DNA of 64,000 nt from assembly GCA_963840455.1 (NCBI GenBank), contig CAWIYV010000004.1, positions 1 through 64,000 on the forward strand. Direction: 5' to 3'. Positions 27,290-37,245 of the stretch are shown in pieces. Within the stretch, counting starts at the first letter, position 1, and each line of letters begins with the position of its first letter. A program made the translations under genes and the position numbers. Source of the DNA: Nitrospirota bacterium (lineage in GTDB: Bacteria; Nitrospirota; UBA9217). Under the pieces are notes generated by a model, which did not search any database, had not been told where the DNA came from, and saw only the letters and a list, made by a program, of their open reading frames with translations.

Positions 27290-28378
27290 CTACGCCTTCA
27301 GCACAGCTTCCAGCGCAGCGGCGAACCGCTTGTTCTCCTCGGGCAGTCCGATGGTGACGCGCAGTTTCTTCGGGCCCATGGGCCGGATGATCACGCCCGT
27401 CTTGAGCAGACGGTCGTAAACCTCCCTGCCCTCCAGCGCGGTCTCGAACATGATGAAGTTCGCCTCCGTCGGTATGTAGGAGATGCCGAGCCGATCGAAT
27501 TCCCGGCACAGGAACTGTTTCCCTTCGTTGTTCATGGTCACGGACTTCTCCACGTGCTTCCGGTCGGCCAGAGCGGCAAGCGCGCCGATCTGCGCCAGCG
27601 AATTGGTATTGAAGGGCTGGCGCACCTTGTTCATCAGCTCGGCGATCGCCGCGGTCGTGATGCCGTAGCCGATGCGGAGACCGGCGAGGCCGTAGATCTT
27701 GGAGAAGGTCCTGAGCGCCAGCACGTTCCTGCCCTCGCGCAGATAATCCAGGGAATCAGGATAGTCCGCACGGGTGACATACTCGAAGTACGCCTCGTCC
27801 ACTGCCACGAGCACATGGTCCGGGACTCGGCCCATGAAGCGGTCCATCTCGGCCTTCGTGTTCATGGTGCCCGTCGGGTTGTTCGGGTTCGCGATGAAGA
27901 CGATCCTCGTTTTTTGTGTAATTCGTTCAGCCATGGCGTCAAGGTCGTGACGCATGTCCTTGCACGGCACGATGACGTTCGTCCCTCCGGCGGCCTGGGT
28001 GATCATCTTGTACACCACGAATGACGGATCGGCCGAGACAACTTCATCACCAGGCTGAACAAAGGTCCGCACCGCCAGTTCGATGAGCTCGTTGGAGCCG
28101 TTCCCCAGGACGACCTGGGCAAGGTCCACGCCCAGATCCTTGGCGAGCGCCCGGGAGAGATAGAAGCCGCTGCCGTCAGGATACCGGTTCAGCCCTTCGA
28201 GCGCTTTCCTGATGGCTGCCATTGCCTTGGGCGACGGTCCGAGCGGGTTCTCGTTCGAAGCGAGCTTGATGCTCCCGCTGATGCCCAGTTCCCGTTCAAG
28301 TTCCTCGATGGGTTTTCCCGGAACATAGGGTGAGATGGTTTTTATGTTCTCTGAAACAGGTATCATTTCGATAGCCAC
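27290..28378 (-). CDS. hisC: Histidinol-phosphate aminotransferase
   Basis: KLASNENP, NPNNPTG, DEAY, RTFSKIYGLAGLRIG. Confidence 0.95.
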   Translation of the reverse strand: MAIEMIPVSENIKTISPYVPGKPIEELERELGISGSIKLASNENPLGPSPKAMAAIRKALEGLNRYPDGSGFYLSRALAKDLGVDLAQVVLGNGSNELIELAVRTFVQPGDEVVSADPSFVVYKMITQAAGGTNVIVPCKDMRHDLDAMAERITQKTRIVFIANPNNPTGTMNTKAEMDRFMGRVPDHVLVAVDEAYFEYVTRADYPDSLDYLREGRNVLALRTFSKIYGLAGLRIGYGITTAAIAELMNKVRQPFNTNSLAQIGALAALADRKHVEKSVTMNNEGKQFLCREFDRLGISYIPTEANFIMFETALEGREVYDRLLKTGVIIRPMGPKKLRVTIGLPEENKRFAAALEAVLKA

Positions 28379-28420
28379 TCCTCGGCAGTAGGGTTGATGC
28401 TCTCGTCTCTCGTCTTTTGG

Positions 28421-29494
28421 CTACTGACTTCTCGGATAGGACCCCAGCACCTTCAGGAACATGCAGTCCTTCTTGAGCTGATCGATGGCATGGGCCACCT
28501 TTGGCTCCTCGATGTGTCCCTCCATGTCGAGGAAGAACACATAATCCCATACCTGCCTTCCTGACGGTCGCGCGTCAAGCCGGTTCAGGTTGATCCCCGC
28601 TTCAGCGAACGGTGTCAGCATGCTGTGCAGCGCGCCCACCTTGTCCTTGATGGAGAACATGATGGAGGTCTTGTCGCGACCGGTCTTCCCCTTCGGCTTC
28701 CGGGAGATGACAATGAACCGGGTGAAGTTATGGGGATTGTCCTCGATCTTCTTTGCCACAATCTGGAGGCTGTAGAGGATCGCAGCCATCTCGCTGGCAA
28801 TGGCGCCGACCTCGGGATCGTCTTTCGCCATCTCGGCCGCCCGTGCCGTACTCGGCGAATCCAGGATGGGAATTCCCGCCACGTTCTTTTCGAGCCACTG
28901 GCGGCACTGCCCCGGCACCTGGGGATGGGTGTAGATCTTCCTGATGTCCTCCAGCTTTCCGGAGCGGTTCATCAGATTCTGTGAGACCTCCAGCATGATC
29001 TCGGCGGTGATCTTGAGGTCCGAATCGATGAACATGTCGAGGGTGTAGTTCACCACGCCCTCGGTGGAGTTCTCGACAGGAACGACGCCATAGTCCACCC
29101 GGCCCCGTTCGACCTCGCCGAACACATCCTTGATGCTCTCCACAGGAACATACTGGGCCGCCAGGCCGAACTGTTGCATACCGGCCATGTGGGTGAAGGT
29201 GGCCCGAGGTCCGAGGTAGGCTATGCGGAGAGGACGCTCCAGCGAAAGAGATGATGACAGGATCTCCCGGTAGACCGCTTTCAGCGTGTCCTGCGGGAAG
29301 GGCCCCTGATTGCGGGATGTCAACCTCTCCAGGATCTCACGCTCGCGATTGGGCGAGTGAAAATCGAGCTTCTCGACCTTCTTGATGTCGCCGACCTCAA
29401 TGACGACCTTTGCCCGCTGGTTCAGCAGGTCAATGATCTTGTCATCGATCTCGTCGATCTTTTTTCTAAGTTCTTGTATTTTTTCGATAGTCAT
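28421..29494 (-). CDS. pheA: Chorismate mutase/prephenate dehydratase
   Basis: N-terminal AroQ domain, PVENSTEG, NFTRF, C-terminal ACT domain. Confidence 0.95.
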   Translation of the reverse strand: MTIEKIQELRKKIDEIDDKIIDLLNQRAKVVIEVGDIKKVEKLDFHSPNREREILERLTSRNQGPFPQDTLKAVYREILSSSLSLERPLRIAYLGPRATFTHMAGMQQFGLAAQYVPVESIKDVFGEVERGRVDYGVVPVENSTEGVVNYTLDMFIDSDLKITAEIMLEVSQNLMNRSGKLEDIRKIYTHPQVPGQCRQWLEKNVAGIPILDSPSTARAAEMAKDDPEVGAIASEMAAILYSLQIVAKKIEDNPHNFTRFIVISRKPKGKTGRDKTSIMFSIKDKVGALHSMLTPFAEAGINLNRLDARPSGRQVWDYVFFLDMEGHIEEPKVAHAIDQLKKDCMFLKVLGSYPRSQ

Positions 29495-29809
29495 TGCGAA
29501 GTGTTGTAATCTCTGGCAAGAGGGTGAATTATAGTAAATTTTACGGGGAGTTGCAAGGACTTTTTCCAACTATTCTGTTTACTGGAAAAGGCGTGAATTT
29601 GTGTAGAGCATTGCAAGATAAGAGAAAATCGTGGCGCCGATTAAAGCTGCCAACCACCCGCACTCCTACAGTGAAAACGCATAAAACGCATTATTACGGT
29701 ATTAGTTAATGAAGGATGTCAGGGTCTGGTTCATACAGACAGGTCATGCCGACCCTGGCAATGCGGCCCCTGCGCCGCCCACTCTTAATCCGAGGAGGCA
29801 GGTTCATCG

Positions 29810-30787
29810 TCATCGGTCTATCCTGATCCCTTCCGTGCTCGTCACCATTCCCTGATCATCCACGATGATCGCCTCGGCTCCGAACCTCCTGACGATCTTC
29901 ATACCCTCCTCAGGTCCCAAAATAAACGGGATCTTGGCGAGCGGATCGATGAGCGCCCCCTGTTTTCCTATAAGGGTCACGGATATGACGCCGGTCGACG
30001 GCCTCCCGGTACGGGGGTCGATGATATGATGATACCGCTTATTTTCCCTGATGACGAACCGCTCGTAATCGCCGGAGGTGCAGATATATTTGTCGCTGAG
30101 CTCCAGAACGGTCAGGGTCTTGTCCTTCTCCCGGGGATGCTGAACGCCGATCCTCCATGGGTTGCCGTCCTCCCGGCGGCCCAGCGCCCAGATGTCGCCC
30201 GCCAGCGCGATCAGGGCGTTGTTGATCCCGCGCCGTTTCATGAGATCGGCTACCCGGTCGGCGATGTATCCCTTCATGCCCCCGAAGTCCAAGATCATGC
30301 CCTTCTTTTTCAGAAAGAGCGTCGACGCTTTCTTGTCCATGACGATGTTCCGATAGTTGACCAGGGGGCGGACCCCTGCGATGTCCTCGTCCGTCGGCAC
30401 CTTTCCTTCCTTTAACCGCATCTGCCACAGGACCACGAGCGGTCCGATGGTCACATCAAACACGCCGCCTGAGAGCTCCGAGATCTTCGCCGCATGCTCT
30501 ACGACCTCGATCATCTCAGGAGAGACCTTGACCGGAACTGTTCCGGCGGCAAGGTTCACCTTCGCGATCTCGCTGGTGTCCTTATAGAGCGACATCATGG
30601 CATCAAGCCGCCTGATCTCCGCCATGGCGGCGTCTACGGCCCGTTCTCCCTCCTCAGCCGTAGGCGCCACGACCGTGATGGAGACCTGCGTTCCCATGAT
30701 GGTTTCGGTCTTCTGCGTGGTCCTCTGTTTCGAGCAACCAAACGCGAACACGGCCAGTAGCATGATGACAGAAAGAGATCGTTTCAC
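29810..30787 (-). CDS. apbE: FAD:protein FMN transferase (ApbE family lipoprotein)
   Basis: Lipobox AFGC; MGT; FDVTIGPL; TSGDYER; HIIDPRTG. Confidence 0.9.
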   Translation of the reverse strand: MKRSLSVIMLLAVFAFGCSKQRTTQKTETIMGTQVSITVVAPTAEEGERAVDAAMAEIRRLDAMMSLYKDTSEIAKVNLAAGTVPVKVSPEMIEVVEHAAKISELSGGVFDVTIGPLVVLWQMRLKEGKVPTDEDIAGVRPLVNYRNIVMDKKASTLFLKKKGMILDFGGMKGYIADRVADLMKRRGINNALIALAGDIWALGRREDGNPWRIGVQHPREKDKTLTVLELSDKYICTSGDYERFVIRENKRYHHIIDPRTGRPSTGVISVTLIGKQGALIDPLAKIPFILGPEEGMKIVRRFGAEAIIVDDQGMVTSTEGIRIDR

Positions 30788-30874
30788 GGCATCTCCACGG
30801 AGAGGATGTTCCTCAGACGATAGAACTGATGAAGGGATGCAACAGGCCACTATAGGGGATCCGGGAGGATCTTG

Positions 30875-31660
30875 CTATTTCTTGCCCATTTTTTTCCTGG
30901 CGAGCAGCCCCCGCGCGGCCGAACGGACAGCCTCGGAAACGTTCCGACTCTTTTCGAGCATGGCAAGATCCTTTTCGGTCATCCGGGTGACGAACCCGAC
31001 GGCAACTCCCGGCGGACACTTAGGATTGTTAACGAGCGCCTGGGCGACGGTGTACTTCTTCGTCCAGTCGGAGTTAGTCCCGATCTTCCGCATGATATCC
31101 TCGCCCAGATTAGCGGACTTGGCGAAGAACTCGATCTCTCCATCGGTGATCCTCGGATTCTCCAGGACCGCTGTCGAGACCTGCTTGTTGGATTCGCGGA
31201 TGAGCAGACCCCGCGCCTCTTTGCCGCCCGAGAGGGCAAGCTTGATCTTCTGCGGATTCGTCATTTTCTGGACGGCCTGGATGACGTTGAACTTCTTTTT
31301 ACCGGGCGCTTCTTTTGGCTTCCCCGTTCCCGGGACTGCGACGGCGGTCACCGGTTCATCGACCACCACCAGGTCAAGAACACGCGTTCCGGAAATGAAG
31401 CTCTTGATCTCGTCGGAGGCGGTCAGGGCGATGAAGGCGAGGGTCGTTTCGTCAAGGTTCGGGCAGCGGACAAGGTCCTTGAGAAGGTACTCGTCGTCGG
31501 AATAGACCTGGGCAATCCGGTCGAGAACGGTAGAGGGTGTATGGACATCGAGGATAATATTCCTGAGCGTGATGGGAGAACAATGCTCGATGTCCAGAGG
31601 AAGCCGCTTCCGCTTTCGTTTCCGGACAAGGATATATTTCCACTGATCTACGGGGTCCAT
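30875..31660 (-). CDS. Conserved hypothetical helical-repeat protein
   Basis: QKIKLALSGGKEARGLLIRESNK...VLENPRIT...ALVNNPKCP pattern. Confidence 0.75.
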   Translation of the reverse strand: MDPVDQWKYILVRKRKRKRLPLDIEHCSPITLRNIILDVHTPSTVLDRIAQVYSDDEYLLKDLVRCPNLDETTLAFIALTASDEIKSFISGTRVLDLVVVDEPVTAVAVPGTGKPKEAPGKKKFNVIQAVQKMTNPQKIKLALSGGKEARGLLIRESNKQVSTAVLENPRITDGEIEFFAKSANLGEDIMRKIGTNSDWTKKYTVAQALVNNPKCPPGVAVGFVTRMTEKDLAMLEKSRNVSEAVRSAARGLLARKKMGKK

Positions 31661-31777
31661 GGGCCTCTCTTGAGGGCGGTGACGGTGTCAGCAGTAAATC
31701 ATCTTGAGAAATCAGAGGAAAGTATACTTGCAGTACATTGCCTTGTCAAGGCGCGGCAGTTGTCACGGGGGCAATGC

Positions 31778-31984
31778 TCAACTGACCTTGTAACCTGCCT
31801 CCACAACAGCAGCCGAAAGTTTCTGCGGCGAGACCTTCGCATCATCATAGGATACGAACGCCTCGGCCTTCTGCAGGTCGACCTTGGCGTCCTGCACGCC
31901 CGGAACCGCCTTGAGCGCCTTGGCGACCCGCATCACGCAGTGGTTGCAGGTCATTCCCTGTACTTTGATCGTTGTCGTTGCCAT
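31778..31984 (-). CDS. copZ: Heavy-metal-associated (CopZ-like) chaperone
   Basis: GMTCNHC motif, 68 aa, SD AGGAGG. Confidence 0.88.
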   Translation of the reverse strand: MATTTIKVQGMTCNHCVMRVAKALKAVPGVQDAKVDLQKAEAFVSYDDAKVSPQKLSAAVVEAGYKVS

Positions 31985-32093
31985 GTTCCGCCTCCTGAAG
32001 TCGTAACGATAGATTCACCCGGGACATAATACCGGAATCGCCGCGGGAGGTGAAGCGTTTTTCTTCATCAAGCCGCCCATCCAAAACAAGGTT

Positions 32094-33446
32094 CTATTTC
32101 AGCCCGTACTTTTCCATCCGGTAGATGAGCGTGGGACGGGTAATGCGCAGGTACTCTGCGGCGCGGGTCTGATTCCCCTTGTGTTTCTCCAGCGCTTTGT
32201 TGATAAGGTCCTTCTCGAGCTCCTCGAGCGACAGCCCTTCTTCGGGGAGATTGAGCAGGACCTCGGAGGCCCCCGCCGCTTTCCGGCTGAGCTTTTCCGG
32301 AAGGTCCTCGCGCGTGATCGTGTCGCTCCGTTTGAGGATCGAGGCCCGCTCCATGACATTTTCCAGTTCGCGCACGTTCCCCGGCCATCCGTAGGCAGTA
32401 AGGAGGGCAAGGGCGTCGGGCGCGAGCCGTACGGTCGGGCCGGGACTGAACTTCCTCAGGAAGTGCTCTGCCAGAACAGGGATGTCGTCCTTCCGGTCCC
32501 GGAGGGGCGGCATCTGCAGGATCACGACGCTCAGACGATAGTACAGGTCTTCCCGGAAGTGCCCTTCCCGTACCTCCCGTTCCAGGTCCTTGTTCGTTGC
32601 AGCGATCACCCGGACATCCAGGTCGATCTGCTTGACACCGCCCACGCGGTCGACCGTCCTTTCCTGGAGCGCGCGGAGGATCTTGGCCTGGAGGTCGACG
32701 CGCAGGTCGCCGATCTCATCCAGGAAGAGCGTACCGCCGTCTGCCAGTTCGAACTTCCCCTCCCGGTCGCGCACCGCGCCGGTAAACGCCCCTTTCACGT
32801 GTCCGAAGAGCTCGCTCTCGATGAGGTTCTCGGGGATGGCCGCGCAGTTCACGGCGACGAACGGCCCCGCCGAGCGTCCGCTGCTGTAGTGGATCCCCCG
32901 GGCGAGGAGCTCCTTGCCGGTGCCGCTCTCGCCCGTCACAAGGACCGTGGCATCGCTCGGCGCAACGCGTCCAGCGAGGGCGATGACCTCCCGAATCTTC
33001 TCGCTGTTGCCGACGATGGCATCGAACCGGTACCGGTCAATGACCTCGGCGAGGAGCCGGACATTCTCCTTTTCCAGGCGACGCATCTTGAGCGCCCGCT
33101 CCAGGGTGATGCGGAGCTCGTCGCGATTGAACGGCTTGGTAATATAGTCGAAAGCCCCCTGCTTCATGGCCGACACGGCGCTTTCGATGGTCCCGTAGGC
33201 GGTGATGATGATGACCGGAACGTTCAGGTCCGCCTGGCGTACCTTCACCAGCACCTCCAGGCCGCTCATACCGGGCATGGTGATGTCCGTGATCACTGCG
33301 TCGCAAGGCCCTTTCTGGAAGAGCGCGAGCCCCTCTTCCCCGCTCGCTGCCGGAATCACCGAGTAGCCGCTCTCGGCCAGGCTGTACTCGATCACCCGTC
33401 TGAGGCTGGGATCGTCATCAATGAGAAGGATAGAGGGTTTTTTCAT
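32094..33446 (-). CDS. Sigma54-dependent NtrC-family response regulator
   Basis: REC domain, GESGTGKE, GAFTGA, Fis HTH. Confidence 0.95.
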   Translation of the reverse strand: MKKPSILLIDDDPSLRRVIEYSLAESGYSVIPAASGEEGLALFQKGPCDAVITDITMPGMSGLEVLVKVRQADLNVPVIIITAYGTIESAVSAMKQGAFDYITKPFNRDELRITLERALKMRRLEKENVRLLAEVIDRYRFDAIVGNSEKIREVIALAGRVAPSDATVLVTGESGTGKELLARGIHYSSGRSAGPFVAVNCAAIPENLIESELFGHVKGAFTGAVRDREGKFELADGGTLFLDEIGDLRVDLQAKILRALQERTVDRVGGVKQIDLDVRVIAATNKDLEREVREGHFREDLYYRLSVVILQMPPLRDRKDDIPVLAEHFLRKFSPGPTVRLAPDALALLTAYGWPGNVRELENVMERASILKRSDTITREDLPEKLSRKAAGASEVLLNLPEEGLSLEELEKDLINKALEKHKGNQTRAAEYLRITRPTLIYRMEKYGLK

Positions 33447-33756
33447 AACCTATGCTCCGCCAGGCACGGATAGGACAACCGATGCGCAGGAAACATCAAC
33501 TGACTGTTGCCGCAGATCGAGACGAATGTACGCGTATTTGACCGTACCGTCCGGTCCGGCCTGAGCACGGGCGATGAAGAACGAGATGAACTTGGCATCC
33601 TAGGCCGGATATGCCGGAACGAATAATCTGAGACAGGCTTATACCCACCGGCCATAGGCAAGATTCAGTCAATCCAGTTATCCTGTCACAAGGTTTGATA
33701 TTTCTTTCTGCCCAATGTGCTCCGTGCGTACTCTGCTTCCTCAGCGGTAAAATCTC

Positions 33757-34863
33757 TCAAGATTCCGGGATCCTGACCGTGAACGTCGTCCCCTTCCCTG
33801 GAACGCTTTTGACGTCGATGGTGCCGTGGTGGTTCTGGATTATGCGGAACGTTATGGCCAAGCCCAGCCCGGTGCCATCCTGTTTCGTGGTGAAGAAGGG
33901 GCTGAAGAGCTTCTTCCGGTTCTCCGGGGAGATTCCCGCTCCCGTATCCGTGATATTCACTTCGATGCCGCTGTCGTTCCGAGCACTGGCCACGGTCATC
34001 GTGCCGCCGCCCGGCATGGCCTGGATGGCGTTCAGGACAAGGTTCAGGAAGGCCTGTTTCAGCAGCCCGGCATCAAGGTCCCGCTTCCCGATGCTTCGGT
34101 CAAGATGCTTTTCTACGGCGACGCGCGCCGCCCGGGCGGGCTGCGCCGTCAGGTTGAGGACAGACTCGATGACCTCATTGACGTCCTCCTGCTTCAGCTC
34201 GGGAGGCTTGGGCCGCGCGAAGCTGAGGAACTCCTGGACGATCTGGTTCAAGCGGTCCGTTTCCTTCAGGAGGATCTGGATGAACTCTTGCTTGGGGGCG
34301 TCGGGCCCGTAATCGTCCCTCAGGATCTCGGCCACGCCCTTGATGGAACCCAGCGGGTTCCTGATCTCGTGCGCCATGCCTGCGGACAGTTCTCCCAGCG
34401 CGGAAAGCCGGTCCGCGCGCCTGAGCTGTTCCTCGGTCTCGAACAGAATCTCAGTCCGCTCCTTCAGTTTCCGGTGGGACTCGTCGAGCCTGACCAGAGC
34501 CTGCTCATAACGCTCCCGCTGGTTCCGTTCCATCTGGCTCAGGATGCCCGTGGTTCCGCCGATCAGGATGAAGAGAAAGATCTCGACATAGTTGTAGATA
34601 TCGACGAACGGCTCTTCCCTGTGCCAGTGGATGAAGAGGTGCCGGGAAAAGAGCGCGGAGGAGGCAATGGAAACGAGCACGCCTCCCGCGAACCCGTACC
34701 AGTACGCGGCAATGATGATGGGAGCAATATAGAGATGCCCAAGCAAACTGTGCAGCCATCCAGGCGCCACCCCCTCCAGGCGGTAATGGATGAAAGCGAT
34801 AAGCCCCAGCAGGCCGGCCAGGATGACCAGCCTGATGACGTTCTTTCTTTGTGATACCTTCAT
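33757..34863 (-). CDS. Membrane sensor histidine kinase
   Basis: N-terminal TM helices; AHEIRNPL; GTGLGL. Confidence 0.93.
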   Translation of the reverse strand: MKVSQRKNVIRLVILAGLLGLIAFIHYRLEGVAPGWLHSLLGHLYIAPIIIAAYWYGFAGGVLVSIASSALFSRHLFIHWHREEPFVDIYNYVEIFLFILIGGTTGILSQMERNQRERYEQALVRLDESHRKLKERTEILFETEEQLRRADRLSALGELSAGMAHEIRNPLGSIKGVAEILRDDYGPDAPKQEFIQILLKETDRLNQIVQEFLSFARPKPPELKQEDVNEVIESVLNLTAQPARAARVAVEKHLDRSIGKRDLDAGLLKQAFLNLVLNAIQAMPGGGTMTVASARNDSGIEVNITDTGAGISPENRKKLFSPFFTTKQDGTGLGLAITFRIIQNHHGTIDVKSVPGKGTTFTVRIPES

Positions 34864-35093
34864 GAGGGTAACGGGAATTTTTTTACAGATTAAACCAAAT
34901 CTCCACAGCCGGGTCTATTATTACACAAGAAGCGGGCCAAGAAAAGGATAAAAGAAAATTAACCTTCACAGCTGGGGATAGGTGGTGGTCCCATCGTCCG
35001 AATGAATCGGTATGACAAGGACCGGGACCTAAAACCGTAACTTTAGACTTGAAGATCGGAAGGCCCTCTTTCCGAACCTTCATGGATATTGGC

Positions 35094-35122
35094 TTGACAA
35101 GCACGGACGATTTTGTTATTGT
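35094..35122 (+). promoter_or_regulatory. Sigma70 promoter
   Basis: TTGACA-17-TATTGT with extended TG; SD AAGGAGGT downstream. Confidence 0.7.
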
Positions 35123-35157
35123 ACTAAATCTTAATGACCGAAAGGAGGTGAAACCAC

Positions 35158-35394
35158 ATGAAGAAGATGATTGCTCTGTTCACGGCAGTTATGTTCGCAC
35201 TGACCCTCGGCGTTGCATTCGCCCAGGAGAAGGCGGCGACGCCGGCCCCGGCCCCGACCGAGAAGAAGGCGGAGGAGCCGAAGAAGAAGAAGTCGCACAA
35301 GGAGAAGAAGGCTGAGAAGAAGGCCAAGAAGGACAAGAAGAAGGCCGAAGAGAAGAAGGCCGAAGCTCCGGCTGCAGCCCCGGCTGCGAAGTAA
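35158..35394 (+). CDS. Small secreted Lys/Ala/Glu-rich disordered protein
   Basis: Signal peptide ending AFA; KKAEKK-type repeats; own promoter, SD and terminator. Confidence 0.88.
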   Translation: MKKMIALFTAVMFALTLGVAFAQEKAATPAPAPTEKKAEEPKKKKSHKEKKAEKKAKKDKKKAEEKKAEAPAAAPAAK

Positions 35395-35450
35395 TCTCAT
35401 ACCGCTGATTTATTATCCCGAGCGGAACTATGAATTCGTAGATGTACTTA

Positions 35451-35481
35451 GGCAGGCGGTTCTTACCGCCTGCTTTTTTTT
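35451..35481 (+). terminator. Rho-independent terminator
   Basis: GCAGGCGGT-TCTT-ACCGCCTGC followed by a T run. Confidence 0.85.
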
Positions 35482-35495
35482 GCCCCGTTCTTTCC

Positions 35496-36161
35496 TTAAT
35501 CCCACCACAACACCACGCGTTTTGTCGCACTGATATCCTTGACCAGCTCGGCAAGGCTCCCCGTCCCCTCATCCACCGTATTAGGACTGAACTCGTAAAC
35601 ATCTTCGGCGAAGGCCTTGAGGTCCTGGGGCATGGTCCTGAACTCGATCTCCACCCAGTCATTCTCAGCGCCGACGATCTCGAACCGGATCCGCTTCTCC
35701 CACTGCTTCAATTTGGCGATCACATCCTCATGGCTCACGTCATCGTCGTCGCCATTGGTGTGCATGATCCGAAGGATCTCGTACTGGTCAGTTCCCTTGA
35801 TGATTCCGATCCTGTCGACCTTGAGGGAATTATTGATCTCGATCTGGAAGGCCATATAATTCCGCCGCTTCAGCTTTTCCCGGAGACACCACAGGACCTG
35901 GTCCGACCTGCTCCAGGGTACCGAGATCGCAATTCCGTCCGCCATGATCTGATACCCGTCCCCATCATACCCGCTCAGCCGGTGGAGCGGGCTCCTGGCT
36001 TCCTCCTTCACGAGCAGGAGGACATCGGCTTCAAACCCGATCTGAGATGCGAGATTCAGCTCCGAATGCGACAGACCATTTTGCGGGCCTGCTGCAGCCA
36101 TGAGCAGCATGACTCCCGGGAAAAGAACCGCATAGAAGGCCCTTGTGAAAACGCGCTTCAT
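35496..36161 (-). CDS. DUF4253-like exported protein
   Basis: Signal peptide; C-terminal FAEDVYEFSP..VD...LWWD. Confidence 0.75.
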   Translation of the reverse strand: MKRVFTRAFYAVLFPGVMLLMAAAGPQNGLSHSELNLASQIGFEADVLLLVKEEARSPLHRLSGYDGDGYQIMADGIAISVPWSRSDQVLWCLREKLKRRNYMAFQIEINNSLKVDRIGIIKGTDQYEILRIMHTNGDDDDVSHEDVIAKLKQWEKRIRFEIVGAENDWVEIEFRTMPQDLKAFAEDVYEFSPNTVDEGTGSLAELVKDISATKRVVLWWD

Positions 36162-36359
36162 GTCGTTCGCCCCCCTCCTGGTGCATCAGCCGATACGACG
36201 CGGAAAAGACAGTGAATAGTAGCATATCCCTCGGGGAAAGACAACAGATGCCAGGATGACCCGCGTTCCGTATAATGGCAGAACATCCTGTCCGGCAAAT
36301 AGAAAAGGGACGTCATGGATCGACGTCCCCCCTCTTACTACGATAAGTTAGTTGCTGGT

Positions 36360-36560
36360 CTAAAATCCTAAGATCGGATTCCGGAACGGGACCCGCAAGC
36401 CCTGTTTGCTCATATGCAGGGTCTTCTGTCTCCGTTTCTGGGCCTCAATTCGTTTCCGCTTCTTCTTGATGGAAGGCTTTTCGTAGAACATCCGATTCTT
36501 CAACTCCCGGAAGATCCCATCTCGCTGGATCTTTCGTTTCAGAAAACAGGGAGCGCCTTT
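36360..36560 (-). pseudogene. rpsU: Start-less ribosomal protein S21 (bS21) frame
   Basis: LKRKIQRDGIFRELKNRMFYEKPSIKKKRKRIEAQKRR is the S21 core; frame starts right after the RRM stop and ends at TAG 36360-36362. Confidence 0.72.
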
Positions 36561-36908
36561 TTAATATCTGTTATTTTTCCTTCCGCCGCCGAAGCCACCG
36601 CCGCCGGAACGACCACGCCCACCGCCTCCGCCACCGCCAAATCCGGACCGCGGCCGCTCCTTCTGCGGTCTGGCCTCACTGACCGTGATCGTCCTGTCCA
36701 GGAGCGATGTGCCGTTAAGAGAAGCAATGGCCTTGTCACCGTCCTCATCATTGGCCATCTCGACGAAACCGAAGCCCTTTGACCGGCCGGTCTCACTGTC
36801 CGTGATGATCTTTGCCGAAAGCACTTCGCCGATCTTGCCGAACGTCTCCCTCATGTCATCTTCGGTCATGTTGTACGACAGGTTCCCTACATAAAGCTTC
36901 TTGGCCAT
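36561..36908 (-). CDS. RRM RNA-binding protein with Gly-rich tail
   Basis: RNP2 LYVGNL, RNP1 KGFGFVEM; SD GGAGG. Confidence 0.93.
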   Translation of the reverse strand: MAKKLYVGNLSYNMTEDDMRETFGKIGEVLSAKIITDSETGRSKGFGFVEMANDEDGDKAIASLNGTSLLDRTITVSEARPQKERPRSGFGGGGGGGRGRSGGGGFGGGRKNNRY

Positions 36909-37245
36909 GTGCCCCTCCGTAGAATGTGGGTTTTTGGTGAAAAAAAAAGACCGCAAACTTAATAGTTTTTGCAGTCTCCCTCTCAACAAAAACTCATGCT
37001 TATTTACAATGAATAATAGCCCCGACATGGCTAAATGTCAACTTCTTTCACGCCTTTATAATGAAACCGGAGCCTTCCACCGTGAGGAACTGTTAGGGCA
37101 CGGTATATTTTGCTTGATTAATGAGACGCATAACGTGTATTATATATCCGCATTTTAATAGTGTGACTCCAGAAAGCAACGTTTGCACAGCTCTTGTGCA
37201 CTTTTTCGCCTACCAAGCGTTCCTTCTGCAACTAAAGAGGTCATT

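Noticed and set aside
33450-33660. Short ORF or remnant between the kinase and NtrC genes
   Set aside because: No start with SD and no recognisable motif.
35088-35104. Sigma54 promoter for the Lys-rich gene
   Set aside because: GG-to-GC spacing is 8 rather than 10 nt, and a good sigma70 promoter overlaps it.
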